Assembly: GCA_965233585.1 (NCBI GenBank)
Contig: CBDDTI010000696.1
Span: 1 to 18,535, forward strand
DNA: 18,535 nucleotides
Reading direction: 5' to 3'
Source of the DNA: a bacterium
GTDB lineage: Bacteria > SAR324 > NAC60-12
The notes beneath the pieces were generated by a model, which saw only the letters and a list, made by a program, of their open reading frames with translations, was not told the DNA's origin and did not search any database. Shown one piece after another: positions 16,857-18,535 of the stretch. The stretch's first letter is position 1. Every line of letters starts with the position of its first letter. A program made the position numbers and the translations under genes.

Positions 16857-17170
16857 CAAACTTTTGAGCTGTAAATATAATAAATGTAAATTCAAATGAG
16901 GTTTTATAAATGTTTAAAATGTGGCCGTTCGATTCCAATTCGAGGTTTCAGTAGTGGGGACGTAAAATACATTTCTTCTGTGGATACATGGAATATTCTT
17001 TTGTACAGTGGTCAGCTGATGAACATGTTTAGTTGTGTGCCAGCTCCGTTCCTCCTCCATGATGGACTGTTAAGCCCTTCGCTAATTGAGGAATATTTCC
17101 AGAGATATCCTTGAAATTTTGTTATAAATATCAGAAAGGATATCCATTGAAATTGTTCCTGAAAAATCGA

Positions 17171-17375
17171 GGATATATCTAGGAATATTCCTTGGAATAT
17201 CAGTAATAATTCTCTAAAGAAGAATACTTTCAACTATGATTCTTTTGCTTTAGAAAACAAACCAATGATAAAAAAGGATATTTCTAGCAGTATTCCTAGG
17301 AATATCCGTAATAATTTTCTAAAGAATAATACTTTCAACTATTATTCTTTCGATTCAGAAAATAAAACGATGATA
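17171..17375. repeat. Diverged two-copy tandem duplication, period 105 bp
   Basis: GGATAT.TCTAG.A.TATTCCT.GGAATATC.GTAATAATT.TCTAAAGAA.AATACTTTCAACTAT starts at 17171 and 17276. Confidence 0.85.
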
Positions 17376-18420
17376 ATGAAGGGTCTGGAAATAATTATAT
17401 AATTACGACTCTAATATGAACAAATGAATAAACGAGTCATTTTCCTCCTTCAAAGAATTTAATGACCCTCATCACTTCTCCATAGTGGAAAATTACTGGT
17501 TCTACGATGGACTACTATTTTCTTTGTGTACAAACTCCAGTGACAACTCTCAAAGACGAAAATGGCACTGGGCCAACTTTTTCCACCTATGTACAAAAGC
17601 CCCATTGACAAAAGGAGCACAAGTTGCTTAAAGACACTACCAATGAGGTCACTTACTTTGTCTATCCTATGATAATATATATATTTTTTTATACTAAATT
17701 TTTCCTTATTGCGCAAAGTTTACTTTGTAATTAAATTTGCGAATAAAATTCAGATTCATAGAAAAAGAAAAGCTTCAGGACTTAGGTCCTACGTCTTTTT
17801 ACTTCACTGAGGGTATTTCGTGGACGGGGACCAGAGGGCAACGAAGGAGGCATGGCGTATAATGGGTCCTTGGGGGTGGCCAACAATCAACCAGATGGTC
17901 AGGCCGGTGGAGGATGTGGCTGCCCTTTTTCCTGCTAAATTGTTTTTGTCTGAACCGCAAAATATAACATCGGTGGTCGGCGAGCTCTGCCGGCTGCTCT
18001 TAAACAGTGATAAACAGTGAGGGTATTTCGTAAAAACCCCTAGTCCTTTCACGTGGTGTCAGGCGGACCCTTTTACGGGGGGGGGGGGGGGGGAATAAGT
18101 CTTTACGACTATATACCCATATCAGTCAACATGCCTAGAGACAACCTTGAAGCCACTGACCAAGGTGCCGTCGCTCCCAGGACGCTACAGAAGTCCTTCA
18201 CAAATTCCAAATCTCGGAACACTCAGAGACCCAGCTTACTACATTTATCGAACATGTCTCGGAAAGGAGTAGACCTCAATTCCGTAAGTTTTATTATATA
18301 TCCTCCCATTCGTTGAGTACATCCGTTCGCGGTATCTCCAAATGAGGCATGAGCTTACGCAGATTTAGGAGGAGTTATCGTATTTAAAAGACAACTTAAA
18401 TGCCGCTTTTGCCTTTAGTG

Positions 18421-18535
18421 CAGGGGTGTTAAATGTACGGCCCGCGGGCCGCATGCGGCCGGCGAATGGATTTAATGCGGCCTGCGAGAATTTTTTTTAT
18501 GCATGCGGCCTGCGAACGGATTCAATACGGCCCGC
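18421..18535 (+). mobile_element. Left end of a hAT (Charlie/SPIN-like) DNA transposon or MITE, continuing past the window
   Basis: CAGGGGTGTTAAATGTACGGCCCGCGGGCCGCATGCGGCC with CGGCCC/GCGGCC subterminal repeats; the preceding 8 bp CTTTAGTG fit an NNNTANNN target. Confidence 0.75.

Noticed and set aside
18350..18361. 12-bp inverted match (TGAGCTTACGCA) to the 1243-1345 repeat core
   Set aside because: An isolated short match with no flanking similarity, compatible with chance.
14130..18420. Short ORFs in the right-hand region
   Set aside because: No recognisable domains, and they overlap MITEs, homopolymers and AT-rich repeat DNA.

Overview
Positions 1 to about 12,700 are the internal part of an endogenous Polinton/Maverick (adintovirus-like, double-jelly-roll dsDNA virus) element in what looks like an animal genome. 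The recognisable core genes are an adenain-type cysteine protease, two tandem paralogous major capsid proteins, a QxGxG amphipathic core/membrane-lytic protein, a DDE integrase with a C-terminal chromodomain (broken by one in-frame TGA), and an unusual double-domain minor capsid (penton) protein. A C2H2 zinc-finger ORF runs off the left edge and may be the N-terminus of the protein-primed PolB. The most striking feature is an adjacent TBP-like and TFIIB-like gene pair inside the virion gene block, suggesting a virus-encoded RNA polymerase II pre-initiation module. A predicted 74-nt GT-AG intron also joins two ORFs into one protein. To the right lie a 61-bp minisatellite, an inverted and diverged fragment of a third capsid gene, and host-type repeat DNA (nested TA- and TTAA-flanked MITEs, local duplications, the start of a hAT element). 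No packaging ATPase, PolB catalytic core or clear element terminus is visible. All homology calls are by motif recognition only; no searches were run.
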